Under the pieces are notes generated by a model that worked only from the letters and a program-made list of their open reading frames with translations, was not told the DNA's origin and made no database searches. A program made the translations under genes and the position numbers. A stretch of DNA of 64,000 bases, taken from positions 247-64,246 of the forward strand of contig CAZVMC010000002.1 of the NCBI GenBank assembly GCA_964628635.1, written 5' to 3'. Below are positions 18,550-28,728 of this stretch, in pieces. The stretch's first letter is position 1, and every line of letters begins with the position of its first letter. The stretch comes from an uncultured Novosphingobium sp. (lineage in GTDB: Bacteria; Pseudomonadota; Alphaproteobacteria; Sphingomonadales; Sphingomonadaceae).

Positions 18550-21255
18550 ATGACTGCAAACTGGAGCGGCGCAATCGAGCGGGCCATCGCCCACGCGCCG
18601 TTTCTGGCGCGCGGGCTTGAACGCATGCCGCAATTGGCGGAGCTAATGGCGGCTGGGGACGGCGAAGCTGCCTTGGCCTGGGCCAAGGCTGCGGGCGAAG
18701 CTGCGACCGATGTTCCGAGCGCACTGCGGCGAGAGAAGCTCGCTTTGGCCGTGGCTTTGGCGGTCGGTGATCTGGCCGATGCTTTTCCGCTGGCACGCGT
18801 GACCGGCGAGCTATCTGCTTTTGCCGACCGCGCGCTCGATGCGGCGATTGCCGACGCAATCCACGCGCGGGTGCCCGATGCCCAGCCCGCCGGCTTCGTC
18901 GCACTGGCGCTGGGCAAGCATGGAGCGCAGGAGCTCAACTATTCGTCGGATATCGATCCGATCCTGCTCTACGATCCAGCGCGCCTGCCCCGCCGTGAGC
19001 GGGATGAGCCGGGTGAAGCGGCGCAGCGGGTTGCGCGCAGGCTGATGCAAACGATGAGCCACGTCGATGCCGAGGGCTATGTCTTCCGGGTCGATCTGCG
19101 GCTGCGCCCCGCCAGCGAAGTCAGCCCGCTGGCGATCCCGATTGATGCGGCGCTGAGCCATTACGAAAGCTCGGCGCTTGCCTGGGAGCGCGCGGCCTTT
19201 ATCCGCGCACGGGCCTGCTCGGGTGACATCGCGGCTGGCGAGGCGTTCCTCGCCGCGATCCGCGCGTTCGTATGGCGCAAGAGCCTGGATTTCGGCGCGA
19301 TTGCCGAGATCGGTCGGCTGACTCAGCGGATCCGGGCAAATCATCATGGCCCGCAGCGGCCCGGTCCGGGATTCAACCTCAAGCAAGGCCGCGGGGGCAT
19401 CCGCGAGGTAGAGTTCTTTGCCCAAACCCATCAGCTGATCCACGGCGGGCGTTTGCCTGAACTGCGGCTGCGCGGCACGCGGGCCAGTCTCGACGCGCTT
19501 GCGGCGGCGGGGTTGATCGATGGTGAAGACGCGCAGGTGCTCGGCGAGAGCTACGACCGGCTGCGGACGCTCGAACACCGGCTGCAGATGGTGGCGGACC
19601 AGCAGACCCATTCTCTGCCTACAGATTCGACCGCGCTCGACAATGTTGCGCGGCTGGACGGGCTGGCGAGCGGTGCGGCGCTTGTTGCCGAACTGGTGGA
19701 GATTACCGAGGCGGTCGGTCAGCGCTATGATCGATTGATCGCGCAGCATGGCGGAGAAACCACAACAGTCGGTCCGCCGCGAACGGGCGAGGCACTCACC
19801 GCCGAACTGGGGCGGCTGGGATTTCCCGAACCCGAGGTGCTGTCAGCGCGGATCGAGGGCTGGCGTGGCGGCAAGCTGCGGGTGCTGCGCAGCGAAACCG
19901 CACGTGCCGCCTTTGATGCCGTGCAGCCGGCGCTGCTGAACGCCTTCGCCCAAGCCCCCGAACCGCTCCATGCCTTGGTCAGGTGGGAGCAGTTGCTCGG
20001 CAATCTGCCCTCGGCGGTTAACCTGTTCCGGCTGCTCGAAGCGCGCCCGGGCCTCACCGAGCTGCTTGCCCGGATACTTTGCCTCGCCCCGCCGCTCGCC
20101 GATGCGCTGGCGCGGCGGGCGGACCTGCTCGATCCACTGATCGATGCCTCCGCGTTCGATCTGCCACCCTCGGTCGCGGTGCTGGCCGTGCAATTTGCGC
20201 GTGGCGATGCTGACGAGGACTACGAGGCCTTGCTCGACCGAGTGCGCCGCCGGGTGGGCGAAGCGCGGTTCAAGCTGGGCGTGCAACTGGTTGAAGGCAC
20301 CGGCGATCCGATGGATGTGGCGCAGGGCCTCTCGCGTGTGGCGGAAGCGGCGCTGCAGGTGCTGGCCGATGCCGCCACGACCGAATTCGCCCGCGTCCAC
20401 GGCACGGTTCCAGGCGGCGAGCTGGTGGTGATGGGCTATGGCCGGCTCGGTGGCGGAGCGCTGACCCACGCCTCGGACCTCGATCTGGTGTTCCTGTTCA
20501 CGGGCGATCACGCGGCAGAGAGCGATGGCGCACGGCCCTTGGGCGCAACGCTCTATTTCAACCGGCTGGCCCAGCGGGTGATTGCGGCGCTTTCGGTACC
20601 GACTGCCGAGGGCGCGCTTTACGAAGTCGATACGCGCCTCAGGCCCTCAGGCGCGCAGGGGCCCATCGCAGTGAGCCTCGATGCCTTTGCGCGCTACCAG
20701 CGCGAGAGCGCCTGGACCTGGGAACATATGGCGCTGGCCCGGGCGCGGGTGCTGCACGGGCCGGAAGCGGGGCGCTCGGAGCTGGAAGCGATCGTCCGCG
20801 ATGTTCTGACCATGCCGCGCGATCCCGCCAAGTTGAAGGCCGATGTGCTCGAGATGCGGACCGAGATGGCGCGGCATAAGCCTGCAAAAGGCCCGCTGGA
20901 CGTCAAACTGGCGCGTGGTGGGTTGGTCGATGTCGAGTTCATCACGCACTATTTGCAGCTTCGCGAGCGCAAGGCACTAACCCCGTCGCTCCCGGCGGCC
21001 ATTGCCGAACTTGTTGCTGCGGGCCTGCTGCCCGAGGACTTCCACGAATCCCATGGCCAGCTTGCCCGGTTCCTGATTGCCGCGCGGCTTTTGGCTCCCG
21101 ATGCGCAGGAACCCTCTGGCGGAGCGCGGGCAGTGCTTGCACAGGCCACCTGTTCGGGCGATTGGGCTGGACAACTCAGCGCCCTTGCCGAATCGCGTCG
21201 CGCCGTGGCGCGGGTCTGGCAGGATCTGTTTGGCGAAATCTTGGAGACCGAATGA
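18550..21255 (+). CDS. glnE: Bifunctional glutamine synthetase adenylyltransferase/deadenylase
   Basis: Two NT domains: LGKHGAQELNYSSDID...VDLRLRP and YGRLGG...SDLD...VDTRLRP. Confidence 0.95.
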   Translation: MTANWSGAIERAIAHAPFLARGLERMPQLAELMAAGDGEAALAWAKAAGEAATDVPSALRREKLALAVALAVGDLADAFPLARVTGELSAFADRALDAAIADAIHARVPDAQPAGFVALALGKHGAQELNYSSDIDPILLYDPARLPRRERDEPGEAAQRVARRLMQTMSHVDAEGYVFRVDLRLRPASEVSPLAIPIDAALSHYESSALAWERAAFIRARACSGDIAAGEAFLAAIRAFVWRKSLDFGAIAEIGRLTQRIRANHHGPQRPGPGFNLKQGRGGIREVEFFAQTHQLIHGGRLPELRLRGTRASLDALAAAGLIDGEDAQVLGESYDRLRTLEHRLQMVADQQTHSLPTDSTALDNVARLDGLASGAALVAELVEITEAVGQRYDRLIAQHGGETTTVGPPRTGEALTAELGRLGFPEPEVLSARIEGWRGGKLRVLRSETARAAFDAVQPALLNAFAQAPEPLHALVRWEQLLGNLPSAVNLFRLLEARPGLTELLARILCLAPPLADALARRADLLDPLIDASAFDLPPSVAVLAVQFARGDADEDYEALLDRVRRRVGEARFKLGVQLVEGTGDPMDVAQGLSRVAEAALQVLADAATTEFARVHGTVPGGELVVMGYGRLGGGALTHASDLDLVFLFTGDHAAESDGARPLGATLYFNRLAQRVIAALSVPTAEGALYEVDTRLRPSGAQGPIAVSLDAFARYQRESAWTWEHMALARARVLHGPEAGRSELEAIVRDVLTMPRDPAKLKADVLEMRTEMARHKPAKGPLDVKLARGGLVDVEFITHYLQLRERKALTPSLPAAIAELVAAGLLPEDFHESHGQLARFLIAARLLAPDAQEPSGGARAVLAQATCSGDWAGQLSALAESRRAVARVWQDLFGEILETE

Positions 21256-21728
21256 TGGCTGACTTCCCCGGCGTGGGCGACAAGCTGCCCGATATCGCGA
21301 TGCAAACGCCGGATGGCGGCAGCGTCAAACCGTCCGACTTCGCTGGACAAAAGCTGGTGCTGTTCTTCTACCCCAAAGACGATACCCCCGGTTGCACCAC
21401 CGAGAATATCGACTTTTCCGCGCTTGCAGCCGAGTTCACCAAGGCCGGGACCGCGCTGCTTGGCGTGAGCAAGGACCCGCCGAAGAAGCACCAGAAATTC
21501 ATCGCCAAGCACAGCCTGACTGCGCCGCTCGCCTCCGACGCAGAAGAAGGCGGGCTGTCCGACGCGCTGGGGGTCTGGGCCGAAAAGTCGATGTATGGCC
21601 GCAGCTATATGGGCATGGTCCGCTCGACCTATCTGGTCGGCGCGGATGGAAAGATCGCGCGGATCTGGAATCCGGTGAAGGTCAAGGGCCATGCTGCCGA
21701 GGTGCTGGAAGCGGCGCAGATCTTATGA
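21252..21728 (+). CDS. bcp: Peroxiredoxin Bcp
   Basis: FFYPKDDTPGCTTE, GMVRSTYLV; coupled to the glnE stop. Confidence 0.95.
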   Translation: MMADFPGVGDKLPDIAMQTPDGGSVKPSDFAGQKLVLFFYPKDDTPGCTTENIDFSALAAEFTKAGTALLGVSKDPPKKHQKFIAKHSLTAPLASDAEEGGLSDALGVWAEKSMYGRSYMGMVRSTYLVGADGKIARIWNPVKVKGHAAEVLEAAQIL

Positions 21729-21875
21729 TTCTTCCCATTTTCGACGAATGTCGCAAATGGGGAGGTGGCTGGCTCGACAGAGCCAGACGGAGGGGTTTCA
21801 GCTGCTCCGCATTACCCCTCCGTCTCGCCTTCGGCGATCCACCTCCCCATTTGTGCTGCGCAAAAATGGGAAGAA
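21729..21875. repeat. Palindromic element, family A-related (copy A2)
   Basis: Ends ttcttcccattt / aaatgggaagaa; internal aaatggggaggtgg / ccacctccccattt and agacggagggg / cccctccgtct. Confidence 0.85.
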
Positions 21876-21879
21876 CCAT

Positions 21880-22671
21880 TTGACTAGCGTCGCCGCGGCG
21901 ATCCGCGTCGCGCTGCTCACCGCCGACCCAACCGCCAAGGCTTTCGCTGCGCGGCAGGTGGCGCGCGACTGGGCAGCGGGGCGGCTGGCATTCGCGTTCG
22001 ACATGCCGATGCCTGATTGTCCGGCTTGGCCCGATGCACCTGAACTGCTCGCACCGGGCAAAATGCCCAAGCGCGGCAAAGGCGGTTCGGAGCGCGGTCG
22101 CATCGCCCTATGGCATGCCTTGGCGCACATCGAATTCGTCGCGATTGACCTCGCACTCGACATGGCCGGGCGGTTCGGAGCCGAGATGGGGCCGGATTTC
22201 GTCAGCGACTTCCTGAGCGTTGCCGCGGATGAGGCGATGCATTTCAGCCTGCTGGCGCGCCACCTGCGCAAGCAGGGCAGCCATTACGGCGCGCTTCCCG
22301 CCCATGCCGGGTTGTGGGATGCCGCTTTCGAAACCCGCCACGATGTTGCAGCGCGGCTGGCAGTGGTGCCGATGGTGCTCGAAGCGCGCGGGCTTGATGT
22401 GACGCCGGCCACACTCGAACGAGTCCGTGCCGCCGGGGACCAAACCGGGACGCGCATCCTGCAACGAATCCTTGACGACGAAATCCGCCATGTCGGATTC
22501 GGCGCAAAACACTTTATCGCACACGCTTCGGCGCGCGGAGATTCGCCCGAAGCGCACTGGAAAACCCTTGTTGCGCGCCATTTTCGGGGCTCCGTTAAGC
22601 CGCCGTTCAACGACTCGGCGCGTTCCGCAGCCGGTTTATCGCGCAGCTTCTATGCCGGGGTTGCATGTTAA
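21880..22671 (+). CDS. DUF455 ferritin-like protein
   Basis: HALAHIEFVAIDLA, DEAMHF, EARGLD, DEIRHV. TTG start at 21880; the ORF-track extension reads through the repeat. Confidence 0.9.
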   Translation: MTSVAAAIRVALLTADPTAKAFAARQVARDWAAGRLAFAFDMPMPDCPAWPDAPELLAPGKMPKRGKGGSERGRIALWHALAHIEFVAIDLALDMAGRFGAEMGPDFVSDFLSVAADEAMHFSLLARHLRKQGSHYGALPAHAGLWDAAFETRHDVAARLAVVPMVLEARGLDVTPATLERVRAAGDQTGTRILQRILDDEIRHVGFGAKHFIAHASARGDSPEAHWKTLVARHFRGSVKPPFNDSARSAAGLSRSFYAGVAC

Positions 22672-22811
22672 CCTCTCCCCGGCTCTACCCCCCCTCAAGC
22701 GAGACGGCGGGGGGTACCGACCATCTCAGAATTAAGGTTCGGCGGCATCAATCGCTGTCGGTCCGAGCATGACAAACCGGCGCAAAGTCCGGCGTAAACA
22801 AGGTAGTTTGA

Positions 22812-23534
22812 GTGGTCGCAGTTTCGTTTTTTGCCAAGGCCCGTGCAGTTGTTGCAGCCGTTGCTGCGATCGCCGGTCTGGCCTCCGCCAACCCTGCGCT
22901 TGCCAATAGCAGCGCCACGGCTGATATCGCCGCCCCGCTTCGTGAAGCGCAGTCGGCACGCCCCGGTGCCAGTGGTGATGAAGAATTCCGCCGCCTGTTC
23001 GCCACCTGGCAGTCGGGTGACAAGGCCCCGATCGTGGCCAGCGGCACTGCCACCGGCCCGAGCGCTGCCAGCCCGCTGCGGATTGGCCGCACCGCGATTC
23101 CTTCGCTCAACCCGCTTGCCGGCGCTGCGCTGACCAGCGGCTTCGGCACCCGAATCCACCCGGTGCTGGGCGGCCGCCGCGGGCACAAGGGCATTGACCT
23201 CGCCAGCCCGACCGGCACCCCGATCCGCGCCACGGCAGATGGCGTGATCAGCCGCGCTGATTGGTTCTCGAGCTACGGCCTGTTCGTTTCGATCGAACAC
23301 GGCGGCGAAATCCAGACCCGTTACGGCCACATGTCGCGGCTCAATGTCGCTGCTGGGCAAGCGGTCAAGAAGGGTGACATCATCGGCTATGTCGGCTCGA
23401 CCGGCCGCTCGACCGGCCCGCACCTGCACTACGAAGTCCGCATCGCTGGGCGCGCGGTGAACCCGGTGCCCTATATGCAGGGCACCATGCAGCTGGCCAC
23501 CAGCGATCCCGCAGCAGCGCGCGGCGGCGAATAA
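22812..23534 (+). CDS. M23 family peptidoglycan peptidase
   Basis: TSGFGTRIHP, HKGID, TRYGHM, GSTGRSTGPHLHYE. Start uncertain. Confidence 0.92.
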   Translation: MVAVSFFAKARAVVAAVAAIAGLASANPALANSSATADIAAPLREAQSARPGASGDEEFRRLFATWQSGDKAPIVASGTATGPSAASPLRIGRTAIPSLNPLAGAALTSGFGTRIHPVLGGRRGHKGIDLASPTGTPIRATADGVISRADWFSSYGLFVSIEHGGEIQTRYGHMSRLNVAAGQAVKKGDIIGYVGSTGRSTGPHLHYEVRIAGRAVNPVPYMQGTMQLATSDPAAARGGE

Positions 23535-23604
23535 ACACAGTTTCTCGTCCGGTACCGGGCAGAGACCCGGATCGGGTTTCAGCTTCTGGGAGGATGCTGG
23601 GAAC

Positions 23605-23632
23605 AAGGCGGCTTCGGCCGCCTTTTTCTTTT
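23605..23632 (+). terminator. Rho-independent terminator
   Basis: aaggcggc-ttcg-gccgcctt stem followed by TTTCTTTT. Confidence 0.85.
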
Positions 23633-23672
23633 GGTGCAGGCCCACCCTGCGGCAACAAGCCCTTTGCGCTTC

Positions 23673-23688
23673 TTAATCGTTCGGTTAA
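23673..23688. promoter_or_regulatory. Candidate palindromic operator TTAATCGTTCGGTTAA
   Basis: AT-rich near-palindrome 45 nt before the acyl-CoA synthetase start. Confidence 0.4.
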
Positions 23689-23733
23689 ACTCCCCGCCAA
23701 ACGCGGCCTGACCGCGCAGGAGAGTGAGCCCCT

Positions 23734-25266
23734 ATGCACCCCTCAATCCACGCCAAGAACCAACCTGACCGGCCAGCAATCATCATGGCTGCCAGCGGCG
23801 AGACGATCAGCTTTGCCGAACTCGACCGGCGCTCAAACCAAGTGGCGCAGTTGCTGCGCTCGCGCGGGATCAAGATCGGCGATACGGTCGCACTGTGCAT
23901 GGAAAACCACCCCTGGTTCTTCTGTCTGACCTGGGGATTTCAACGCGCAGGGGTACACTATGTCGGCATATCCAGTCGCCTGACCCCATCCGAAATCGCC
24001 TATATCCTTGAAGACAGTGGCGCGAAGCTGCTGTTTTCATCGACCTTTCTCACCGAAACGATGGATGCCGTGGCGCAGTTGGCATCGCCTGTTCCGCAAT
24101 TGCGGTTTGGGGTCAACGCCGAAGCGGCGCTCGCTGCAATGCCTGACACGCCCATTGCTGACGAGCGCGCCGGGGTCGACATGCTCTATTCCTCCGGGAC
24201 CACCGGTCGGCCCAAAGGCGTCAAGATTCCGCTGCCCGAGGACCCGGCGATCGACCAGATGAACGCGCTGGTTGGCCTCACCATGATGGCGTTCGGGATC
24301 AAGCCCGATTCAGTCTATCTCTCCCCAGCTCCGCTCTACCACGCCGCGCCGCTGCGCTGGTCGATGACGATCCAAAAGCTCGGCGGGACCGTGGTGGTGA
24401 TGGAAAAGTTCGACCCCGAGGCTGCGCTCGCCGCGATCGAGAAGTACCGGATCACCGACAGCCAATTTGTGCCGACCCATTTCGTGCGGATGCTCAAGCT
24501 TCCGCAAGAGGTGCGCGCCAAGTATGACCTTTCGACCCTGAAATGCGCGATCCATGCAGCAGCGCCATGCCCGGTGCCGGTCAAGCGGGCGATGATCGAC
24601 TGGTGGGGGCCGGTAATCTATGAGTATTACGCTGGAACCGAGGGCAATGGTTTTACATTTGTAACGAGCCAGGAATGGCTGCAGAAGCCCGGCACTGTCG
24701 GCAAGGCGCTGACCGGGATCATCCGGGTCTGCGATGAGGATGGTAACGAGTTGCCACGCGGCAGCGAAGGTCAGATCTTCTTCGAACCGACCGAAGGCAT
24801 GGTCCCCTTCGAATACCACAACGATCCACAGAAGACCGCGGATGCTCGCAACCAGCATGGCTGGTCCAGCCTGGGCGATGTCGGCTATCAGGATGAGGAC
24901 GGCTACCTGTTCCTGACCGACCGCAAGAGCTTCATGATCATCTCGGGCGGGGTCAACATCTACCCGCAGGAAATCGAGAACCTGCTCGTCACCCATCCAA
25001 AGGTCGCCGATGCCGCTGTGATCGGCGCACCGGATGAGGAAATGGGTGAAAAGGTGGTGGCGGTGGTCCAGCCGCTCGACATGGCAAGCGCCGGACCGGA
25101 ACTGGCGGCGGAGCTGACCGACTATCTCGCAAAAGAACTCAGCCGCGTGAAGATGCCGCGCCAGATCGATTTCCGCGCCGAGCTTCCGCGCGAGCTGACC
25201 GGCAAGCTCTACAAGCGCCTGCTGCGCGATGAGTACTGGGCAGCGGTAAAGGAGAGCGCGGCGTGA
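23734..25266 (+). CDS. Acyl-CoA synthetase (AMP-forming)
   Basis: YSSGTTGRPKG, YAGTE, SLGDVG, DRKSFMIISGGVNIYP, TGKL. Confidence 0.93.
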   Translation: MHPSIHAKNQPDRPAIIMAASGETISFAELDRRSNQVAQLLRSRGIKIGDTVALCMENHPWFFCLTWGFQRAGVHYVGISSRLTPSEIAYILEDSGAKLLFSSTFLTETMDAVAQLASPVPQLRFGVNAEAALAAMPDTPIADERAGVDMLYSSGTTGRPKGVKIPLPEDPAIDQMNALVGLTMMAFGIKPDSVYLSPAPLYHAAPLRWSMTIQKLGGTVVVMEKFDPEAALAAIEKYRITDSQFVPTHFVRMLKLPQEVRAKYDLSTLKCAIHAAAPCPVPVKRAMIDWWGPVIYEYYAGTEGNGFTFVTSQEWLQKPGTVGKALTGIIRVCDEDGNELPRGSEGQIFFEPTEGMVPFEYHNDPQKTADARNQHGWSSLGDVGYQDEDGYLFLTDRKSFMIISGGVNIYPQEIENLLVTHPKVADAAVIGAPDEEMGEKVVAVVQPLDMASAGPELAAELTDYLAKELSRVKMPRQIDFRAELPRELTGKLYKRLLRDEYWAAVKESAA

Positions 25267-26546
25267 CCAGTCTGAACGAAGCCGATCTGGCCCATGCCGT
25301 GCTCGCACCGGAAAGCTACGCCGCGTGGGATCCCTTGCTCGATCTGTTCGACGAGCTTCGCAGCGAAAGCCCGGTGCGGCGGATCACCTCTCCCACGGAT
25401 GACTTCGATCCCTTCTGGCTGGTGACCGGCTACAATGAAGTGATGCGGGTCTCCAAGGATAACGCGACTTACCTCAACGCCCCGCGCCCTTCGGTGTTCA
25501 CCAACAAGCAGGGTGAAGCTTTTGCGCGGCAGATCACCGCCGCACAGGGGGAGGAAAGCCCCAACCTGGTCTCCTCATTGGTCGCGCTCGATGCGCCAAA
25601 GCATCCCAAGCTGCGGCGGCTGACGCAGGACTGGTTCATGCCCAAGAACCTGCGGACGATCGAAGCGGCGGTGCGCGAACTGGCGGCGAAGACGGTCGAC
25701 AAATTCATCGCAGCCGGACCTGAAGCCGACTTCGTGCCGCTGGTCGCCGCGCCCTATCCACTCCACGTGGTGATGCAGATCCTCGGCGTGCCCGAGGAGG
25801 ATGAGCCGCGGATGCTGTTCCTGACCCAGCAGATGTTCGGTGGACAGGATGAGGATCTCAACAAGTCCGGCCTTGCTGGCCTGTCGCCTGAGCAGATTTT
25901 TCAGATCGTCAGCGGGGCGGTGAAGGATTTCGAGGCCTATTTCGAAGGGCTGGCCGATCAGCGCCGCGCCAACCCCACCGAAGATGTCGCCACGCTGCTG
26001 GCCCAGGCCGATATCTCGGCGCGCGACCGGGCGGGCTATTACATTATCATTGCGGCCGCCGGCCACGATACCACCAGCGCCTCCACCGCCGGGGCGATGC
26101 TCGCGCTGGCGCAGGACCCGGAGCAGTTCGCGCGGGTCAAGGCGGACCGCTCGCTGGTTCCCGGTATCGTCGAAGAGGCGATCCGCTGGACCACGCCGGT
26201 GCAGCACTTCATGCGCACCGCCAGCGCGGATACCGAGCTGGGCGGGGTCAGGATCGCGAAAGGTGACTGGCTGATGCTCAACTATGTCGCCGCCAACCAC
26301 GATCCCGCGCAGTTTGAGAACCCGCGCAAATTCGACGCGGCGCGCGAACACAACCGGCACCTGGCCTTTGGTGCCGGTGCACACCAGTGCTTGGGCCTGC
26401 ATCTCGCGCGGCTGGAGATGCGGCTGCTGTTCGAGGCGCTGCTTGACCGGATCGAGACGGTCGAACTGGCCGGCGAGCCCAAGCGCGCGAAGAGCACCTT
26501 TGTGGGCGGGCTGAAGACTTTGCCGCTACGGTTTCGGGCATCTTAG
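25263..26546 (+). CDS. Cytochrome P450 (CYP108-like)
   Basis: AGHDTT I-helix, EEAIR, heme motif FGAGAHQCLG; GTG start overlaps the upstream stop. Confidence 0.93.
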   Translation: MTSLNEADLAHAVLAPESYAAWDPLLDLFDELRSESPVRRITSPTDDFDPFWLVTGYNEVMRVSKDNATYLNAPRPSVFTNKQGEAFARQITAAQGEESPNLVSSLVALDAPKHPKLRRLTQDWFMPKNLRTIEAAVRELAAKTVDKFIAAGPEADFVPLVAAPYPLHVVMQILGVPEEDEPRMLFLTQQMFGGQDEDLNKSGLAGLSPEQIFQIVSGAVKDFEAYFEGLADQRRANPTEDVATLLAQADISARDRAGYYIIIAAAGHDTTSASTAGAMLALAQDPEQFARVKADRSLVPGIVEEAIRWTTPVQHFMRTASADTELGGVRIAKGDWLMLNYVAANHDPAQFENPRKFDAAREHNRHLAFGAGAHQCLGLHLARLEMRLLFEALLDRIETVELAGEPKRAKSTFVGGLKTLPLRFRAS

Positions 26547-26652
26547 GGGTCTCTTCATCCCTGCAAAAGTAAATACTTGCGAGATCACGCCAACCGGCTA
26601 GACCTCGGCGCAGATCGCCGTGGCGTTACGGCCCAGCAGGGGAGCGCATGAC

Positions 26653-28710
26653 ATGCCGACATTTGTGGGGACTACTGGAAACGATACGCTGACCGGAACC
26701 AGCGACGCCGATACCATGATCTCCAACGGCGGCAGTGATTTGATCAATGCCGGGGACGGTGACGATACCGTCATCGTGATTTCGCAAACTTCCGGCTATG
26801 GCAACCTGAATGGCGGCAATGGTTACGATACGCTGCAACTCGACCGGGCGCTTTCCCCCACCACCTTGCAGGGCAGCGGCGGACCCTATGCGCTGAATCT
26901 GGCGATCATGAACAACACCGCCACGACCGCGCTGACCTCGTTCGAACGGCTGGTGTTCAATTCACAGGCCGGGGATCAGATGTCGCTGAACCTGGCCTTT
27001 GGCGGCAACAGCGGTGCAGGCAATCTGGTTGGCACGGGGCTTTCAGCCACAGCCGAAATCCGCGGCGGGGCAGGGCAGGACTTGCTCAACCTGTCTTACA
27101 ACAGCGGGGGCCTGCCGGGCACGGTCACCGCGCCCAGCTTTACCTTCAGCAACTGGGATACGCCCACCCGCGCCTATCTGGGTGACCGGGTGACGATCAC
27201 TGTCTCGGGTGCCGGCAATACCACGCTGAACGGCAGCGCGCATACCGGGGTGCAGGGGCTGAACGGCGGAACCGGCAGCGATATCATCAACGGGTCCGAT
27301 GACATGGACCTGATCAGCGGCGGCGGGGGCGGCAACGATCAGCTGTTCGGCAACGGCGGCGATGATACGCTGTTCCTGATCAACAGCTATTTCATCAATC
27401 CCGCTAATGGCGTGCCTGGCCCGGAAACGACCCGGACCGGGGCCGGATCGCTGTTCCACGGCGGTAGCGGCACGGACTTCCTGATGCTGGGCGGCAATGT
27501 GAACTTCCAGGGCACGATCCAGGATATCGAAGGGCTGGTCCTGCTCGCCCCCTATACCAATCTGAACAACGTCCCCGGCGCAATTACCGGCGGTTCGCAA
27601 TACAGCACCTTTGCCGAGTTCGGCGCTGCCACCTGGGCCATGTTGCCCAGCAACCTGATCGTCGCGGGCCAGGGCTATGTCCTGATCCGGGCCGGCGGCA
27701 CCGGTGATACCGTCAATCTGACCGGCCTGGTGTTCGATCCCGGCACTTCCGTGCTGTTCGACCTGCGCGGCGGGGCGGGCAATGACACCCTGACCGGGAC
27801 CAACAATACCGATTACTTCGCCTCTAGCGGCGGCATCGATGTGCTGAACGGGATGGGCGGCGATGATCAGTTCTACCTGAACAACGGCCCCGCCAACGCC
27901 AATGGCGGCGATGGTAACGATACCTTCCTGTTCTACAGCGGCGCGCAGGCCAGCAACATCGCGGGCGGGGCGGGCAATGATACGCTTTATGTCGTGGCCG
28001 ATACGGTGCTGAGCGGCTCGATCTCGGGAATCGAAACGATCGGATTACAAAGCGCGGTTCTGACCATGAGCGGCACCACCTTTGCGAACGGCTTCGCGGC
28101 CAATTCCAGTGTTCAGGGAACCGGCATTATTGTTGTTGGCATGGTGGCAGGCACTCCTTTCCTCGGACAGAATCTGGTGATGAATACGTCCACCGTCGCA
28201 TTCGATGTGATTGGCAGCGCTGGCGTGGATATCATTAAGGCCAACCTCAATGCCTTTAACTTCATCAATGGCGGGGATTCGACCGACCAGATCCGTGGCG
28301 GCGCGCTCATCGATACGATCAACGGCGGCAACGGCAATGACAAGATCATTGGCTTCACCGGGGCTGACACGCTGACCGGCGGGGCGGGTGCGGACCAATT
28401 CCGCTACCTGTTCGCCAGCGACAGCGGGGTGGGCGGCGCGGCAGATCACATCACCGATTTCGTCGCCGGGACCGATCGGTTCAATTTCAGCCTGCTCGAT
28501 GCCGATCCGGTCGCGCCGGGCCGACAGGCGCTGAGCTTCATCAACACCGCCGCCTTCAGTGCGACCGGTGCTGCCGAGGTGCGCTACGGGGTGTCCGGCG
28601 CCGATCTGTTGGTGCAGGTCGATCTGGATGGCAATGGCACGGCGGACATGGAGATCGTGCTCGACGGTGCTTCGGCTCAGACGCTGACCGGCGGTGATTT
28701 CATGCTCTGA
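26653..28710 (+). CDS. RTX-type Ca-binding secreted protein
   Basis: Many GGxGxD nonapeptides, serralysin-like C-terminal tail (DHITDF...VDLDGNGTADMEI...DFML), no signal peptide. Confidence 0.88.
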   Translation: MPTFVGTTGNDTLTGTSDADTMISNGGSDLINAGDGDDTVIVISQTSGYGNLNGGNGYDTLQLDRALSPTTLQGSGGPYALNLAIMNNTATTALTSFERLVFNSQAGDQMSLNLAFGGNSGAGNLVGTGLSATAEIRGGAGQDLLNLSYNSGGLPGTVTAPSFTFSNWDTPTRAYLGDRVTITVSGAGNTTLNGSAHTGVQGLNGGTGSDIINGSDDMDLISGGGGGNDQLFGNGGDDTLFLINSYFINPANGVPGPETTRTGAGSLFHGGSGTDFLMLGGNVNFQGTIQDIEGLVLLAPYTNLNNVPGAITGGSQYSTFAEFGAATWAMLPSNLIVAGQGYVLIRAGGTGDTVNLTGLVFDPGTSVLFDLRGGAGNDTLTGTNNTDYFASSGGIDVLNGMGGDDQFYLNNGPANANGGDGNDTFLFYSGAQASNIAGGAGNDTLYVVADTVLSGSISGIETIGLQSAVLTMSGTTFANGFAANSSVQGTGIIVVGMVAGTPFLGQNLVMNTSTVAFDVIGSAGVDIIKANLNAFNFINGGDSTDQIRGGALIDTINGGNGNDKIIGFTGADTLTGGAGADQFRYLFASDSGVGGAADHITDFVAGTDRFNFSLLDADPVAPGRQALSFINTAAFSATGAAEVRYGVSGADLLVQVDLDGNGTADMEIVLDGASAQTLTGGDFML

Positions 28711-28728
28711 ACGCCGGGGCGCGCAGAC

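Noticed and set aside
21691-21879. N-terminal extensions in the ORF track (DUF455; likewise galU to 34631, pepN from 59510, glnE from 18313, phoD from 8433)
   Set aside because: They run through repeats or neighbouring genes; downstream starts fit the family N-termini.
22686-22716. taccccc...gggggta stem after DUF455
   Set aside because: Short stem with a large loop, no U-tract and no partner arm; too weak to call a terminator or family A copy.
23673-23688. CtrA box
   Set aside because: TTAA half-sites are 8 nt apart, not the canonical 7; kept only as a generic palindrome.
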